Assembly (NCBI GenBank): GCA_964016885.1
Contig: OZ024741.1
Span: forward strand, 39,246,001 to 39,310,000
Direction: 5' to 3'
Length of the DNA: 64,000 nt
Source of the DNA: Eledone cirrhosa
Taxonomy: Eukaryota
Made by a program: the position numbers and the translations under genes. Positions 26,279 to 40,316 of this stretch are shown piece after piece. Each line of letters opens with the position of its first letter. Position 1 is the first letter of the stretch. The notes under the pieces were generated by a model. It was not told where the DNA came from, did no database searches, and saw only the letters and a program-made list of their open reading frames with translations.

Positions 26279-27230
26279 TGGGGATTCTTTTCTTTGTTTT
26301 GTGCCTCTCATTTGTTCTGTCCTACACCATCTTGTTTTTGTGTGTTGTGTGCTTACTTTGCGCATGTGTTACATCCGGGTGTCTGTGTGTGCTTTTATTT
26401 GTTTATTTATTTGTTTATTTACATGTTATTGGTTGGTTGTTTGTTCTATGTGTGTGTGTGTTTTCATTTTGTCCTTAATTATAAGTTGTGATGCTGCTAT
26501 TCCATTCATGTTTTCTATTTAATTTTGGTTGGAGTTCATTTATGTTTATTGCCTCTGTCATTTGTCTAAACATTGCGTCTTTTCTGTGTGTAGATTCTAT
26601 TTTTATTTCTATGTTTTCTAATTTACCCTTATGTTCTATTTTAGCATGTTGGTGGAGTATTGATGATTTTTTTAATCTTGAAGCTCTCGCCACTGTTCAT
26701 TTAATCGTTCTCCTATACTACGAGCTGTCTCACCTATGTACACTATATTCTTAGCTTTACATTGTCCCTCAGTACATCTTATGCTATATACTATGTTTCT
26801 AGTTTTGCAGTTAATATGCTTAGTTTACAGATTATGCATTTCTTATCTATACAGGGAGGTCTTTGAAAAGGGTATGTATTACTAATAAGAATTTTTATGG
26901 GGGTACCTGGTCTTTTCACTATCTTAATATTTAGTTTAATTTTATCTAGGGCCCTTCTAAATTTGTAAGCTAATTGACTTCTAGGGGTTGTATTGATGAA
27001 CATTACACTCTGGTATTTATTGCTATCATACCATGAGTTTATTCTGTGGAACGGGTGGATCAGAGCCATACGAACCCCCGAAAACCATGATTAACTAAAG
27101 GAAATGATTTAACATGCGGTGGGGGCCAGTATAAAATTAACCCTTAAGGAACATATGTTCAAATTTAATGGAAAAATATATGTCCAAGAGGAGGGAGCAG
27201 CCATTGGTGTTAGCATTGCAGGTGACATAG

Positions 27231-28196
27231 CTAACCTATACATGGTATGGTGGGACAATAAACTTGAAGAACAATTAGAAGACAACAACCTCTTAGCCCT
27301 GATAATGAACTCTCGCTACGTTGATGATATAAACATCGTTTATCTAGGGCCCTTCTAAATTTGTAAGGTAGTTCACCTCTAGGCGTTGTATTGATGAACA
27401 TTACACTCTGGTATTTATTGCTATCATACAATGAGATTATTCTATTAATCTTATTCCTAGTTCTTTCTATTCTATTCCAAAATTTGCTCCTATACAAGAG
27501 GCAGGTCCCATTTGTATCATTATTTACCATTTTTTCCCATTTGGTTCTGGCTCCTCTATATACTCTGATTTTATCTCTCTGATTGTAGTCAGAGAACTGC
27601 ATAGGGTGGATGAAGTGTTGTATGTCTCTCACTAGTTCTTTGGGGTTGCACATGCGGGACACGTTCCTCATCACCCGTACTAAATCCGCAATCAGTATGT
27701 TGATTTTGGTGTGATCCGAAACAGCTGAGTTTCGGTGGATCAGGTATTTGGAAGTCATGGGTTTGGCATAATGGGAATGGAGGATTTGTTTTTTGTTGTT
27801 AATAGTTTCTAACCAGAGCTCTGTGTCTAGTACAGGTAATCGATGGTTGGGGTGTTTGCTTGGGTAGTCTATAGTAACTCTAATACTCTGGTGGATGGGG
27901 TTAGCTATTTGCTGGATGCTTTCCATGGTGTTTTTCTCTAATTTCTGACTGTTCTCTAGTGGGGGTGTTTTTATTACGATGTTTATATCATCAACGTAGC
28001 GAGAGTACATTATCAGGGTTAAGAGGTTGTTGTCTTCTAATTGTTCTTCAAGTTTATTGTCCCACCATACCATGTATAGGTTAGCTATGTCACCTGCAAT
28101 GCTAACACCAATGGCTGCTCCCTCCTCTTGGACATATATTTTTCCATTAAATTTGAACATATGTTCCTTAAGGGTTAATTTTATACTGGCCCCCAC
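27231..28196 (-). pseudogene. PLE RT fragment (chimeric at its C-terminus)
   Basis: QEEGAAIG, YSRYVDD and LPVLDTELW, homologous to 6648..8099. Confidence 0.85.
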
Positions 28197-29036
28197 CGCA
28201 TGTTAAATCAATTTCTTTAGTTAATCATGGTTTTCGGGGGTTCGTATGGCTCTGATCCACCCGTTCCACAGAATAAACTCATGGTATGATAGCAATAAAT
28301 ACCAGAGTGTAATGTTAATCAATACAACCCCTAGAGATCAATTAGCTTACAAATTTAGAAGGGCCCTAGATAAAATTAAACTAAATATTAAGATAGTGAA
28401 AAGACCAGGTACCTCCATAAAAATTCTTATTAGTAATACATACCCTTTTCAAAGACCTCCCTGTATAGATAAGAAATGCATAATCTGTAAACTAAGCTCC
28501 CATATTAATTGCAAAACTAGAAACATAGTATATAGCATAAGATGTACTGAGGGACAATGTAAAGATAAGAATATAGTATACATAGGTGAGACAGCTCATA
28601 GTATAGGAGAATGATTAAATGAACACTGGCGAGAGCTTCGAGATAGAAAAGATTCATCAGTACTCCACCAACATGCTAAGATAGAACATAAGGGCAAATT
28701 AGAGAACATAGAAATAAAAATAAAATCTACACAGAAAAGACGCAATGTTTAAACAAATCACAGAGGCAATAAACATAAATGAACTCCAACCAAAATTAAA
28801 TAGAAAACATGAATGGAATAGCCACATCACCACTAGTAACATGTAAATAAACAAATAAATAAACAAATAAATAAGCAAATAAATAAGCAAATAAATAAAC
28901 AAATAAATAAACAAATAAAAATACACACAGACACCCGGATGTAACATATGCGCAAACTAAGCACACAACACACACAAAAACAAGATGGCGTAGGACAGAA
29001 CAAAGGAGAGGCACAAAACAAAGAAAATAATCCCCA

Positions 29037-29079
29037 GTCACTGACGAGGTCCAAGAATGTGTGACGAAAGAACTTTGAC
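29037..29079 (+). ncRNA. Type I hammerhead in PLE 3' UTR (second arm)
   Basis: gtca-CTGACGA-g-gtc...gac-GAAA-G-aa-CTT-tgac. Position N7 differs from the sister copy, as expected for a free position. Confidence 0.75.
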
Positions 29080-29285
29080 AATATATGAACAACCGTCCGG
29101 TTGTGGTACCAACCAACCGAAAATTTACAAATTTCTTATATTTATAAATTTAATTTATAATAAATTGGAGTGAAATCAACTGGTGCGTGTGTTTCTTATT
29201 GGAAACATGACTCTCCCAAAGTATAACAAATCGGTTTCAACACACGTTTTCAGATAAAGAATCTTGCTAAACAAATTTAGAAACG

Positions 29286-29330
<45 letters not shown>

Positions 29331-29828
29331 AGTGGAAGCTTAGTAAAATCGAAGCTTTGGCTGTGGCCAAGCAAAGTCGACCTACAATAAAGAATGAGTA
29401 GCAAAGCACTCAATAAGTGTAGGTCCTTAGAATAATAACATACGTTTAAATAGCTTGATAAATTGAAAATTGCGGTAGGCAAAACCCCACCATACAGTAC
29501 CAAAACAACGAAAGAACTAATCAGGTTAATATATATATATATATATATAAAACATGAGAAGAAAGAAGAATACTGCATGGTTGCACATGGGTTACATATG
29601 ATAAAAATAGTCCTTCGTCAGTGATTTTCCAACCATCATTGATATTTCATCACATTAAAAATCATATACCTCAGGTTGGTGCGAGCAATAGCTAAATAAA
29701 GCTATTGGGACAAGTAAATCGCGTAAAGCGAGTGAGACAAGTAAACAACATAGAAGGATGAAAGCAACGCAAAAATCTTCCCTTAAATTCTCACCATAAA
29801 TATCTTGAACCTCTCTCTCTAAATGATT

Positions 29829-29869
<41 letters not shown>

Positions 29870-29929
29870 TATTAGTTTAACAATGATAATAATAACGAAG
29901 ACAAGTTATTTTACATATTCATTTCATTG

Positions 29930-29992
<63 letters not shown>

Positions 29993-29995
<3 letters not shown>

Positions 29996-30120
29996 GGTGC
30001 ATGACTGAGTGGTTAGAGAATTGGATTCGCATTCGTGAGATTGTGAGTTCGATTCCTGGACCGGGCGATGAGTTATGTCCTTCAGCAAGACACTTTATTT
30101 CACGTTGCTCCTTCTTCCAG
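29993..30120 (+). mobile_element. tRNA-head SINE, second family (5' part)
   Basis: A-box-like tgactgagtggttag and B box gagttcgattcc. Confidence 0.6.
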
Positions 30121-30208
30121 GAGTTGCGACCGATAGATAGTATTAGCATTTTTTGTAAGACCAACGGAAACATTGTTTCCTTTGTCCGATTTGACGAAAG
30201 TCGACCGA

Positions 30209-30289
<81 letters not shown>

Positions 30290-31168
30290 GAGAAATATCC
30301 ACGGTTAGTTGTGGGGTCTAGTCTGCATGAAGAACTCAATGTAATCCATATGTTGAAAATGTTGTAGGTTAAAAAAATCCCGGAAAACAATAAAACATCA
30401 AAAAGAAAACAGAGTCATGATATAAGTTAAAATAATGAAATAAAAATTCAAGTTATTAGGAATATAATTCACTGTTTTACGATCGTTTCTAGGTGATAAT
30501 AATACATCGTACGCATATTTCATTATCGATCTATGTAAGGTTAGTTACAAAATATCAAATAAGGAATATATTTACTTACGTGTATATCATCAGCCTTCTC
30601 CTAATGTCATGCCTTCCTGTTAATTTTTGAACCTTTTTATTTTTCTAGCTTCCATAGATTCATGAGTTACTGACTAAGGGCATCAAGATACACAACCACC
30701 TGTAATTGCATGGGTATACATCTATCTATGTATGTATGATAAGAGAATATATATATATATGTATATATATGTGTGTATATGAGTATGTCCCTATGTATGT
30801 GTATGTACATGTAGGTGTGTGTACATGTACATGTGTACATGTATATATGTATGTATATGTATGTATATATATATATATGTATGTGTGCGTGTATGTATGT
30901 ATGTATATGTATATGTATATATCTATGTATGCGTATGTATGTTTTTAAGGGAGTATCTATGTAACTATACCTCTATCTATATATGTGAGTATATGTACTT
31001 TTGTGATCTAAGAAAATTATGCGTTTTGGCTATATGTCAACATGCATTTATCTGGGATTGATTACTTATACATAGACCCACTTGAAAATATTTACTATTT
31101 TATATTTTATGATGCATCATACGCTATACTATATACAATGTACCATACTGGACTATATTACATTATAT

Positions 31169-31340
31169 TATCGGTAGAGGGTCGGACGCCATGCTTTCCA
31201 GCATAGTTACGTCCCTTTATGATCTGAGTTCAAATCCCGCCGAGGTTGACTTTGCCTTTCATCCTTACGGGGTCGATAAAATAAAGTACCAGTAATGCAC
31301 TGGGTAATTGCTGGCCTTGTGCCTAAAGTAGAAACAATTA
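31169..31340 (+). mobile_element. tRNA-head Meta-like SINE (5' clipped)
   Basis: Matches 57564-57751. B box gagttcaaatcc. Confidence 0.85.
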
Positions 31341-31819
31341 TATTATTATACTATTGTATTTTATTATCTTATTATAATTTTCATCTTTTAATATACTATC
31401 CTTCCTAGTTATGACCATTACTTTACCTATCTATATTTATCCTAGTTATTTCCGTATATTTTATATTTCTTTATTTATATTCATCTAAAAACTCCATACA
31501 ACACAACTCAACATATAATTTTTATATCGCTTTTTAAACTTCACTCCACCATCTACATTCCACTATCAATACAACAATCCCTTTTTTTCATAGGTTCTTC
31601 ATAGTAATTCTATTTTTAACACCATTCAACCATTCCTTTCAAAAGGTCATGACCTTAACTAAAGTGAGTTATATTTCGTCTTAACATCATATGGCAAAAC
31701 ACCATTTGATTGGTCTGTTCTTCAGCTACTTCCAAATAAGGTCATAGAACTCAATTTACTATTGATTTTCAATAACATTTTCATTGCTTTTGACAACGGC
31801 TGATGATATACACGTAAGC

Positions 31820-32314
31820 AAAAATTGAAAATTAGAATTGGTGCTCTGAAATAGCGATATATATATGAATGTATATATAGTGTATTTTGCAATACACTGT
31901 ATGCTTAATTAAAAGCATTTCGAAGACCTTACGCTATTGTTTTAGAGTAGTGACAGCCTCACTTACATTCATATATATCGCTATTTCAGAGCACCAATTC
32001 TAATTTTCAATTTCTACTTGACCGGCAACCGCTCTGTATAATCAGTTCCTGATTATTACTAGAATTCTATAAGAATCAAACATTCATGATTTTCAGCAAA
32101 CAGGCGGAGTACTTAGCTTTGATAAGCACCAAAAAGTGCGAAACAGAGCTCTGTCAGCTTTATCTCCCCTATTTGCTGAAAATTAAAGTGAGGTTGTCAC
32201 TACTCTAAAACAATAGCGTAAGGTCTTCGAAATGCTTTACATTAAGCATACAGTGTATTGCAAAATACACTATATATACATTCATATACATATATCGCTA
32301 TTTCAGAGCACCAA

Positions 32315-32320
<6 letters not shown>
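31820..32320. mobile_element. Fold-back element with U3:A8 hammerhead
   Basis: 31830-31965 is inverted relative to 32185-32320, with an extra short copy at 31966-32015. The right end lies in (TA)n. Confidence 0.75.
32115..32159 (+). ncRNA. Non-canonical type I hammerhead (U3:A8 core)
   Basis: agct-TTGATAA-gcac-caaaaa-gtgc-GAAA-caga-gc-tct-GTC-agct. A distal stem I extension (ttttcagcaaa/tttgctgaaaa) spans ~32090-32182. Confidence 0.75.
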
Positions 32321-32397
<77 letters not shown>

Positions 32398-33828
32398 TAG
32401 AGTAATAGAGAGTCCATGTCTGGCGGCTGAGATCTTGCTGTTTCGATAGCAAATTCCAGACTCTGAAATTTGCTGTCAAAACGGCAAGAGCTCGGCCGTC
32501 GTACACTGACTTTCTACTATACCAAGAGATGATTCATTTCTTCTGATTCTAGTTGTTTCCCGAATGAAGAAACCACGGTTCTGAGAGCCGAGAGGAGATT
32601 GTGCAGGATGCGAGAGCGGAGCTCAGAGCTACTGCTGACTGCGAGAGTAGAGCTCAGATCCACTCCGAAAGAAGCATACCAGTCAGATTTCCAACAATGA
32701 AAGGATCGCTAGTCTAAGTGTATGGAAGTAAAAGTGGCCTGCTTTGAAGGGACTTAGCAATTGAACTCCAAATATGTAATTTTTTTCTATAATATCGCAT
32801 AATTTTTAAACAGCCCTTGCATGTGCCTTTGTGTGTGAGTTTGTATACGCGTGCGCGTATTGTTTGTGTGTGCGCTTGCATGTGCAGATTTCGTTGTGAA
32901 AGAGGGAGAAGGAGAACTCAATAGGTGAGGCATTGTATATATATGACATTTCATCTGCTGAAGGAACTACCTGAGTACTAATAGAGTTTCATGCCGAAGC
33001 ACTCCTACGAGAGTAGTTTGGCTCAAAACACTAACTCCCCGAGTAACTCTTATACAAAATAAAAGCGGAAGACAGATGTATGCACACACACACATACACA
33101 AACATACGCACACACACACACACAGCACACACACACACACACACTCACACAAACACATTCATACAAACCAAATCACACACGCCTGCACATACACACATAC
33201 ACACACACATACACACACACATACACACATACACATACACACACACATACAGACATACGCTCACACACACACACACAAATTCATGCAAATCAAATCACAC
33301 ATGCATGCACGTACACAGATACACACATACACATACACACACACATACAGACATACACTCACACACACACAGACACAAACACATTCATACAAACCAAATC
33401 ACACACGCATGCACATACACAGATACACACATACACATACACACACACATACAGACATATGCTCACACACACACACAAAAAACCTACACACACACAAATT
33501 CACACACATATATATATATATATATAAAGAGAGAGAGGGACACGATACACACAACCATGATGTACTACGTGTTTCTCTGTTTACGTATTACGTTATAATC
33601 GGATAAATATACATACAATTATACACACAGACACACACATAGACATATGTTCATGTACACAAACACACACACAAACACACGTACACACACAACAAACGCA
33701 CACATGCATACACATAGACACACACCTTGGTGACGTACATGTTTCTATATTTGCATATTGTACAGCCATGAGTATATTTATTTTGTCATTTATCTCCAAT
33801 GTTCGCTCCTCAGAGGTGGAGGAGAATT

Positions 33829-34564
33829 AGTGGTGGTGATGGTAGGTGAAAGAACTCTAATGTCTTTAGGTGTTGTTGTTGTTGTTGTTGGTGGTGGTGA
33901 TGGTGGTGGTGGTGGTGATGGTGGTGGTGATGGTGGTGGTGATGGTGGTGGTGGTGTTGTTGTTGGTGGTGGTGGTGGTGATGGTGGTGATGGTGTTGTT
34001 GGTGGTGATGGTGGTGGTGATGGTGGTGGTGATGGTGGTGGTGATGGTGGTGGTGATGGTGGTGGTGGTGGTGATGGTGGTGGTGATGGTGGTGGTGGTG
34101 GTGGTGATGGTGGTGGTGATGGTGGTGGTGGTGGTGGTGGTGATGGTGGTGGTGGTGGTGATGGTGGTGGTGATGGTGGTGGTGGTGATGGTGGTGGTGA
34201 TGGTGGTGGTGGTGGTGGTAGGTGAAAGAACTCTAATGTCTTTAGGTGTTGTTGTTGTTGTTGGTGGTGGTGATGGTGGTGGTGATGGTGGTGGTGATGG
34301 TGTTGTTGGTGGTGATGGTGGTGGTGATGGTGGTGGTGATGGTGGTGGTGATGGTGGTGGTGATGGTGGTGGTGGTGGTGATGGTGGTGGTGATGGTGGT
34401 GGTGGTGGTGGTAGGTGAAAGAACTCTAATGTCTTTAGGTGTTGTTGTTGTTGGTGGTGGTGATGGTGGTGGTGATGGTGGTGGTGATGGTGGTGGTGGT
34501 GTTGTTGGTGGTGATGGTGGTGGTGATGGTGGTGATGGTGGTGGTGATGGTGGTGGTGGTGGTG
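33829..34564 (+). repeat. (GGT/GAT/GTT)n array with three identical 28-nt spacers
   Basis: gtaggtgaaagaactctaatgtctttag occurs at 33842, 34218 and 34411. Confidence 0.9.
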
Positions 34565-34673
34565 TCTTATTTTCATGGCTTCATGTCATGTCAGGCTCAG
34601 ACTGTCTGTGAGTGAGGAAAGGTGTGTGACAATGGACGGTGTATGTAGAAAGAAATATGGGATGACCAATGGA

Positions 34674-34765
<92 letters not shown>

Positions 34766-34975
34766 GCACACATACATGAATTTATATCTACCTCCTCTCT
34801 CTCTCACTCTCTCTCTCTATATATATTATATATATATTATATATATATATACACACATACATCTCCACACTCACACACACATACACGCACACGCACATGC
34901 GCGCGCACACACACACACACACATGTGTATTTATATATATATATGTATAAATATATATATATATATATTTATATG

Positions 34976-35070
<95 letters not shown>

Positions 35071-35415
35071 GAGATATATATATATAAAGATAAATAGAGT
35101 GGTAGTGAGAAGGAACGATTACGATGTTTAATAGGTGCTAATGTCGGTGGTGTTGATGATGGTGCTTATAGTGATGATAGTGGTGATAGTGGTGTTGTTG
35201 ATGATGATGATGATGGTGATGGTTGTAGTGGAAGTGTTGACATCAGTGTTGATGTTGGCGGCGATGGTAGTTGTAGGGACGGTGGTACTGTTGGTTGGTG
35301 GTGGTGGTGGTGGTTGGAGGCGTTCGTAGGTTTTAATGGTCGTGTTGCTGTTGTTGTTGTTAGGGTGTGGTGGAGGTAGAGTGAATGCGTAGCAGCTGAT
35401 GGAAAATGACTGAAA

Positions 35416-35602
35416 TAATTGTTTCTACTTTTGGCACAAGGCCAGCAATTACCCCAGTGTATTACTGGTACTTTATTTTATCGACCCCGTAAGGATGAAA
35501 GGCAAAGTTAACCTCGGCGGGATTTGAACTCAGACCATAAAGGGCCGTCACTCTTTGCTGCAAAGCATGGCGTCCGACCCTCTACCGACACTGCCAACCC
35601 AC
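35416..35602 (-). mobile_element. tRNA-head Meta-like SINE
   Basis: Reverse complement of the 57564 family. Confidence 0.85.
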
Positions 35603-35899
35603 CTCGTTGTTGTTGTTGTTGCTACTGATGGTGTTGTAATTGTTGTTGTTGTTAATATTATTGTTATTATTAGTGCTGTTGTTATTGTTAGCGTTGTTGT
35701 TGGTGTTGATGATGTTGTTCTTATTGTTGTTGTTGGTGTTGTTGGAGGTGTTATTTTTGTTGTTATTGCTGGTTTTACTGTTATCCTATTGCCGTTGTTG
35801 TTATTGTGTTGTTGTTCGTGTTGTTTGTGTCTTGTTGTTTGTGTCTCGTGGTGTTACAAGTTATTAGAAGTAACGTTGGTGTTGGTGGATATCTGGGAT

Positions 35900-37884
35900 A
35901 GTGGTGGTGGTGTTGGTGGTGGTGGTGGTGGTGGTGTTGGTGGTGGTGGTGGTGGTGGTGGTGGTGGTGTGTTGGTGGTGTGTTGGTTATGGTGCTGGTG
36001 GTGTTGGTTATAGTGGTGGTGGTGTGTTAGTTATGGTGGTTATGGTGGTGGTGGTGTTGGTGGTGTGTCGGTTATGGTGATAATGGTGGTAATGCTGGTA
36101 ATGGTGGTTATGGTGGTTATGGTGGTTATGGTAATGGTGGTTATGGTGGTTATGGTGGTAATGGTGGTTATGGTAATGGTGGTTATGGTGGTGGTGGTGT
36201 TGGTGGTGTGTTGGTTATGGTGATAATGGTGGTAATGCTGGTAATGGTGGTTATGGTGGTGGTGGTGGTGGTGGTGGTGTGTTGGTTATGGTGGTGGTGG
36301 TGTTGGTTATAGTGGTGGTGGTGGTGTGTTAGTTATGGTGGTTATGGTGGTTATGGTGGTAATGCTGGTAATGGTGGTTATGGTGGTTATGGTAATGGTG
36401 GTTATGGTGGTTATGGTAATGGTGGTTATGGTGGTTATGGTGGTTATGGTGGTTATGGTGGTTATGGTGGTAATGGTGGTTATGGTGGTTATGGTGGTAA
36501 TGAGGGTTATGGTGGTTATGGTGGTAATGGTAATGGTGGTTATGGTAATGGTGGTTATGGTGGTTATGGTGGTTATGGTGGTAATGCTGGTAATGGTGGT
36601 TATGGTGGTAATGATGGTTATGGTGGTTATGGTGGTTATGGTAATGGTGGTTATGGTGGTTATGGTGGTTATGGTGGTTATGGTGGTTATGGTAATGGTG
36701 GTTATGGTGGTTATGGTGGTTATGGTGGTGGTGGTTATGGTGGTTATGGTGGTTATGGTGGTTATGGTGGTTATGGTGGTGGTGGTTATGGTGGTTATGG
36801 TGGTTATGGTGGTGGTGGTTATGGTGGTTATGGTGGTTATGGTGGTGGTGGTTATGGTGGTTATGGTGGTTATGGTGGTGGTGGTTATGGTGGTTATGGT
36901 GGTTATGGTGGTTATGGTGGTTATGGTGGTTATGGTGGTTATGGTAATGGTGGTTATAGTGGTTATGGTGGTTATGGTGGTGGTGGTTATGGTGGTTATG
37001 GTGGTTATGGTGGTGGTGGTTATGGTGGTTATGGTGGTTATGGTGGTTATGGTGGTTATGGTGGTTATGGTGGTTATGGTGGTTATGGTAATGGTGGTTA
37101 TGGTGGTTATGGTGGTTATGGTGGTAATGGTGGTTATGGTGGTTATGGTGGTAATGGTGGTTATGGTGGTTATGGTGGTTATGGTGGTTATGGTAATGGT
37201 GGTTATAGTGGTTATGGTGGTTATGGTGGTAATGGTGGTTATGGTGGTTATGGTGGTTATGGTAATGGTGGTTATGGTGGTTATGGTGGTAATGGTGGTT
37301 ATGGTGGTTATGGTGGTTATGGTAATGGTGGTTATGGTGGTTATGGTGGTAATGGTGGTTATGGTGGTTATGGTAATGGTGGTTATGGTGGTTATGGTGG
37401 TTATGGTAATGGTGGTTATGGTGGTTATGGTGGTAATGGTGGTTATGGTGGTTATGGTAATGGTGGTTATGGTGGTTATGGTGGTTATGGTGGTAATGGT
37501 GGTTATGGTGGTGGTGGTTATGGTGGTGGTAGTTATGGTGGTTTTAGTGGTGGTGGTTAAGGTGGTGGCGATGGTTATGTTGGTGGCTATGGTTATGGTG
37601 GTGGCTATGGTGGTAGTGATGGTTATGGTGGTAGTAGTTATGATGGTGGAGGTTTTGGTTATGGTGTTGGTGGTGGTTATGGTGGAGGTTATGGTGTTGG
37701 TGATGGTTATGGTGGTGGTGGTAGTGGTGATAGTTACGGTGGTTTTGGTGGTGATGGTAATGATGGTTATGTTGGTGGCTATGGTGGTAGTGGTGGTGAT
37801 GCCTATGGTGATGGTTGTTGTGGTGGTGTCGGTGGTGAAGCATGGGATGATATTGGGTGTGGTGGGGTTTATTGGTGGTCATGA
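35900..37884 (+). repeat. (GGTGGTTAT)n minisatellite, readable as a Gly-Gly-Tyr frame
   Basis: The frame from ~36331 reads GGY/GNGGY without a stop to TAA 37558-60, then degenerate GYG/GGD to TGA 37882-84. No start codon. Confidence 0.85.
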
Positions 37885-37979
37885 TGTGGTGCTGTTCTTG
37901 GAGGAAGTAGAGGGCGCTGCTTGACGTTGTTTCTTGAGAAGAGGTGCTATTGATGTTGTTAGTGTTGTTGGTCTTGTTG

Positions 37980-37982
<3 letters not shown>

Positions 37983-38020
<38 letters not shown>

Positions 38021-38411
38021 ACTGTTGTTGATGTTGTGGTGGTAGTCGTTGTTGTTGTTGTGGTGGTGGTGGTCGTTGTTGTTGTTGTTGTGGTGGTGGT
38101 GGCAGTCGTTGTTGTGGTGGTGATAGTCGTTGTTGTTGTTGTTGTTGTGGTGGTGGTAGTCGTTGTTGTGGTGGTGGTAGTCGTTGTTGTTGTTGTTGTT
38201 GTTGTGGTGGTGGTAGTCGTTGTTGTGGTGGTGGTAGTCGTTGTTGTTGTTGTTGTTGTGGTGGTGGTGGTAGTCGTTGTTGTGGTGGTGGTAGTCGTTG
38301 TTGTTGTTGTGATGGTGGTGGTCGTTGTTGTTGTTGTTCTTCTTCTTCTTCTTGTCGTCGTCGTCGTCGTTGTTTTTGTTGTTGTGGTTGTTGTTATTGT
38401 TGTTGTGGTCG

Positions 38412-38445
<34 letters not shown>

Positions 38446-38610
38446 CATTGTTGTTGTTGTTGTCGTTGTTGTTGTTGTCGTTGTTGTGGTGGTCGTTGTT
38501 GTTGTTGTTGTTGTGGTCGTTGTTGTTGCTGTGGTCGTTGTTGTTGTTGTCGTCGTTGTTGTTGTTGTTGTCGTCGTTATTGTTGTTGCTGTGGTCGTTG
38601 TTGTTGTTAA
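37983..38610 (+). repeat. (GTT/GGT/GTC)n compound triplet array
   Basis: Units such as gtggtggtagtcgttgttgtt. Confidence 0.9.
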
Positions 38611-38873
38611 ATGAACGAGAAGAAAATGTTAGTCGGGATCAATAAATATGATTGATGAAAATGATCATGTAGAGGAGAAGATATACTGATGATGAGGATG
38701 ATGATGGTGATGATGACGATGATGATGACGATGATGATGATGATTGTGAGAAGGAGGAAGAGAAGGAGGAGGAGGACGGTGATGATGATGATGATGATGG
38801 TGAGGTAGCTATGGTAGTGGTGGTGGTCGGGGAAATGTTGATTTTTATGAAGATGATGATGATGAAGGGTATA

Positions 38874-39064
38874 ATAATTGTTTCTACTTTAGGCACAAGG
38901 CCAGCCATTACCCAGTGCATTACTGGTATTTTATTTTATCGACCCCGTAAGGATGAAAGGCAAAGTTAACCTCAGCGGGATTTGAACTCAGATCATACAG
39001 GGAGGTAACTCTATGCTTCAAAGCATGGCGTCCGACCCTCTACAGATACTGCCAATCCACCGCC
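38874..39064 (-). mobile_element. tRNA-head Meta-like SINE
   Basis: Full-length reverse copy. Confidence 0.85.
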
Positions 39065-39217
39065 AAACGAAAAAAATATAATGAATGTGTTAACGATGAT
39101 CTATGAATTTTTCTAACGTAAGCAAGTCTCGTGGAATCTCTGAACATAGGTCGGGTCGCAAAAGAGAAAATAAAATAAAAAACAAAGAGAATTTTTCTGT
39201 ATCTAGGAAGTCCCAGT

Positions 39218-39393
39218 ATAATTGTTTCTACATTTGGCACAAGGTCATTACTGGTACTTTATTTTATCGACCCCATAAGGATGAAAGGCAAAGTTAGCCT
39301 CTGAAGGATTTGAACTTAGAATGGAAAGGGCCGTAACTCTATGCGTCAAAGCATGGCGTCCGACTCTCTATCGATTCTGCCAATCCACCGCCA
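39218..39393 (-). mobile_element. tRNA-head Meta-like SINE (diverged)
   Basis: Reverse copy with an internal deletion. Confidence 0.8.
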
Positions 39394-40019
39394 GTATAAT
39401 ACGTGGTAGTCTGTCAACGTGGTTTTTAAGCACTTTCCTTTGATATGTTGCAAAGAGGAAATGTGATGAAGACCTGAAGGTGAACGGCAGTACTAATATC
39501 CCTGACTGTGAATTTGTATTTTGTGGGTCCATATATTTCGGTATGAGTTTGTGGCATCAATTCAGCCTGTCACTTCAGCACGTGTTCGAACTTGAATTAT
39601 AACTACTCACATTCATACCCGCCACTCTGACCAATAGGAATCACACCATTTCATATATTACCTAGGGCCTCGTTTAATTCAGGTTTTAAGGACATATGAA
39701 AGTCATCGAAATTTTGGGCAAGATAGAAGTATGTTATTTTCCTTCTTATCTTTTCCTCTAACTATTAATCAGTAAAGAATATTGTCTTTCATACTACATC
39801 TCTCTCATCAGGCTAACGATTTTAGTTTAATTAAAACCAATTATAAACGATATACAAATTTAGAATTGGTAAATAACTTTTAAAGGTTTGTATTAGAAAT
39901 AAAAAAAAACTGTTGCATCTATAGAAAAAGAAAATTCATAGTAGCTATGAACAAGCATTAGCCGAAAAATAAGCTCAAAAAAATGTATTGAATAGTTTAT
40001 GTTTCGTCTGATGTAAAAC

Positions 40020-40109
<90 letters not shown>

Positions 40110-40262
40110 TTAAGAAAAATCGAAATAAATGCAAACTTTATTTGCATATTACAATTGTTTCGATATCAATCAGCTCAGGGTAAAATCATGATGACGGGGT
40201 CCGATTCTGTTTCGCCATCTCGTCAGATATGCGAGTTTATATGTGCAAAGACACATCTAACA

Positions 40263-40316
<54 letters not shown>

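Noticed and set aside
32170-32260. Possible second hammerhead (GAAA-tgctt...aagca-TA)
   Set aside because: Stem III is plausible, but there is no convincing core or stem I.
33842-34438. CRISPR-like repeat/spacer pattern
   Set aside because: The context is eukaryotic, the spacers are low-complexity and of very unequal length, and there are no cas genes.
36326-37924. 532-aa Val/Met ORF
   Set aside because: It is an alternative frame of the GGTGGTTAT satellite with no protein-like complexity.
37983-38610. Cys-rich CCGGGSRCC reading (keratin-associated or metallothionein-like)
   Set aside because: It is explained by a GTT/GGT triplet satellite, with no start, splice evidence or synonymous variation.
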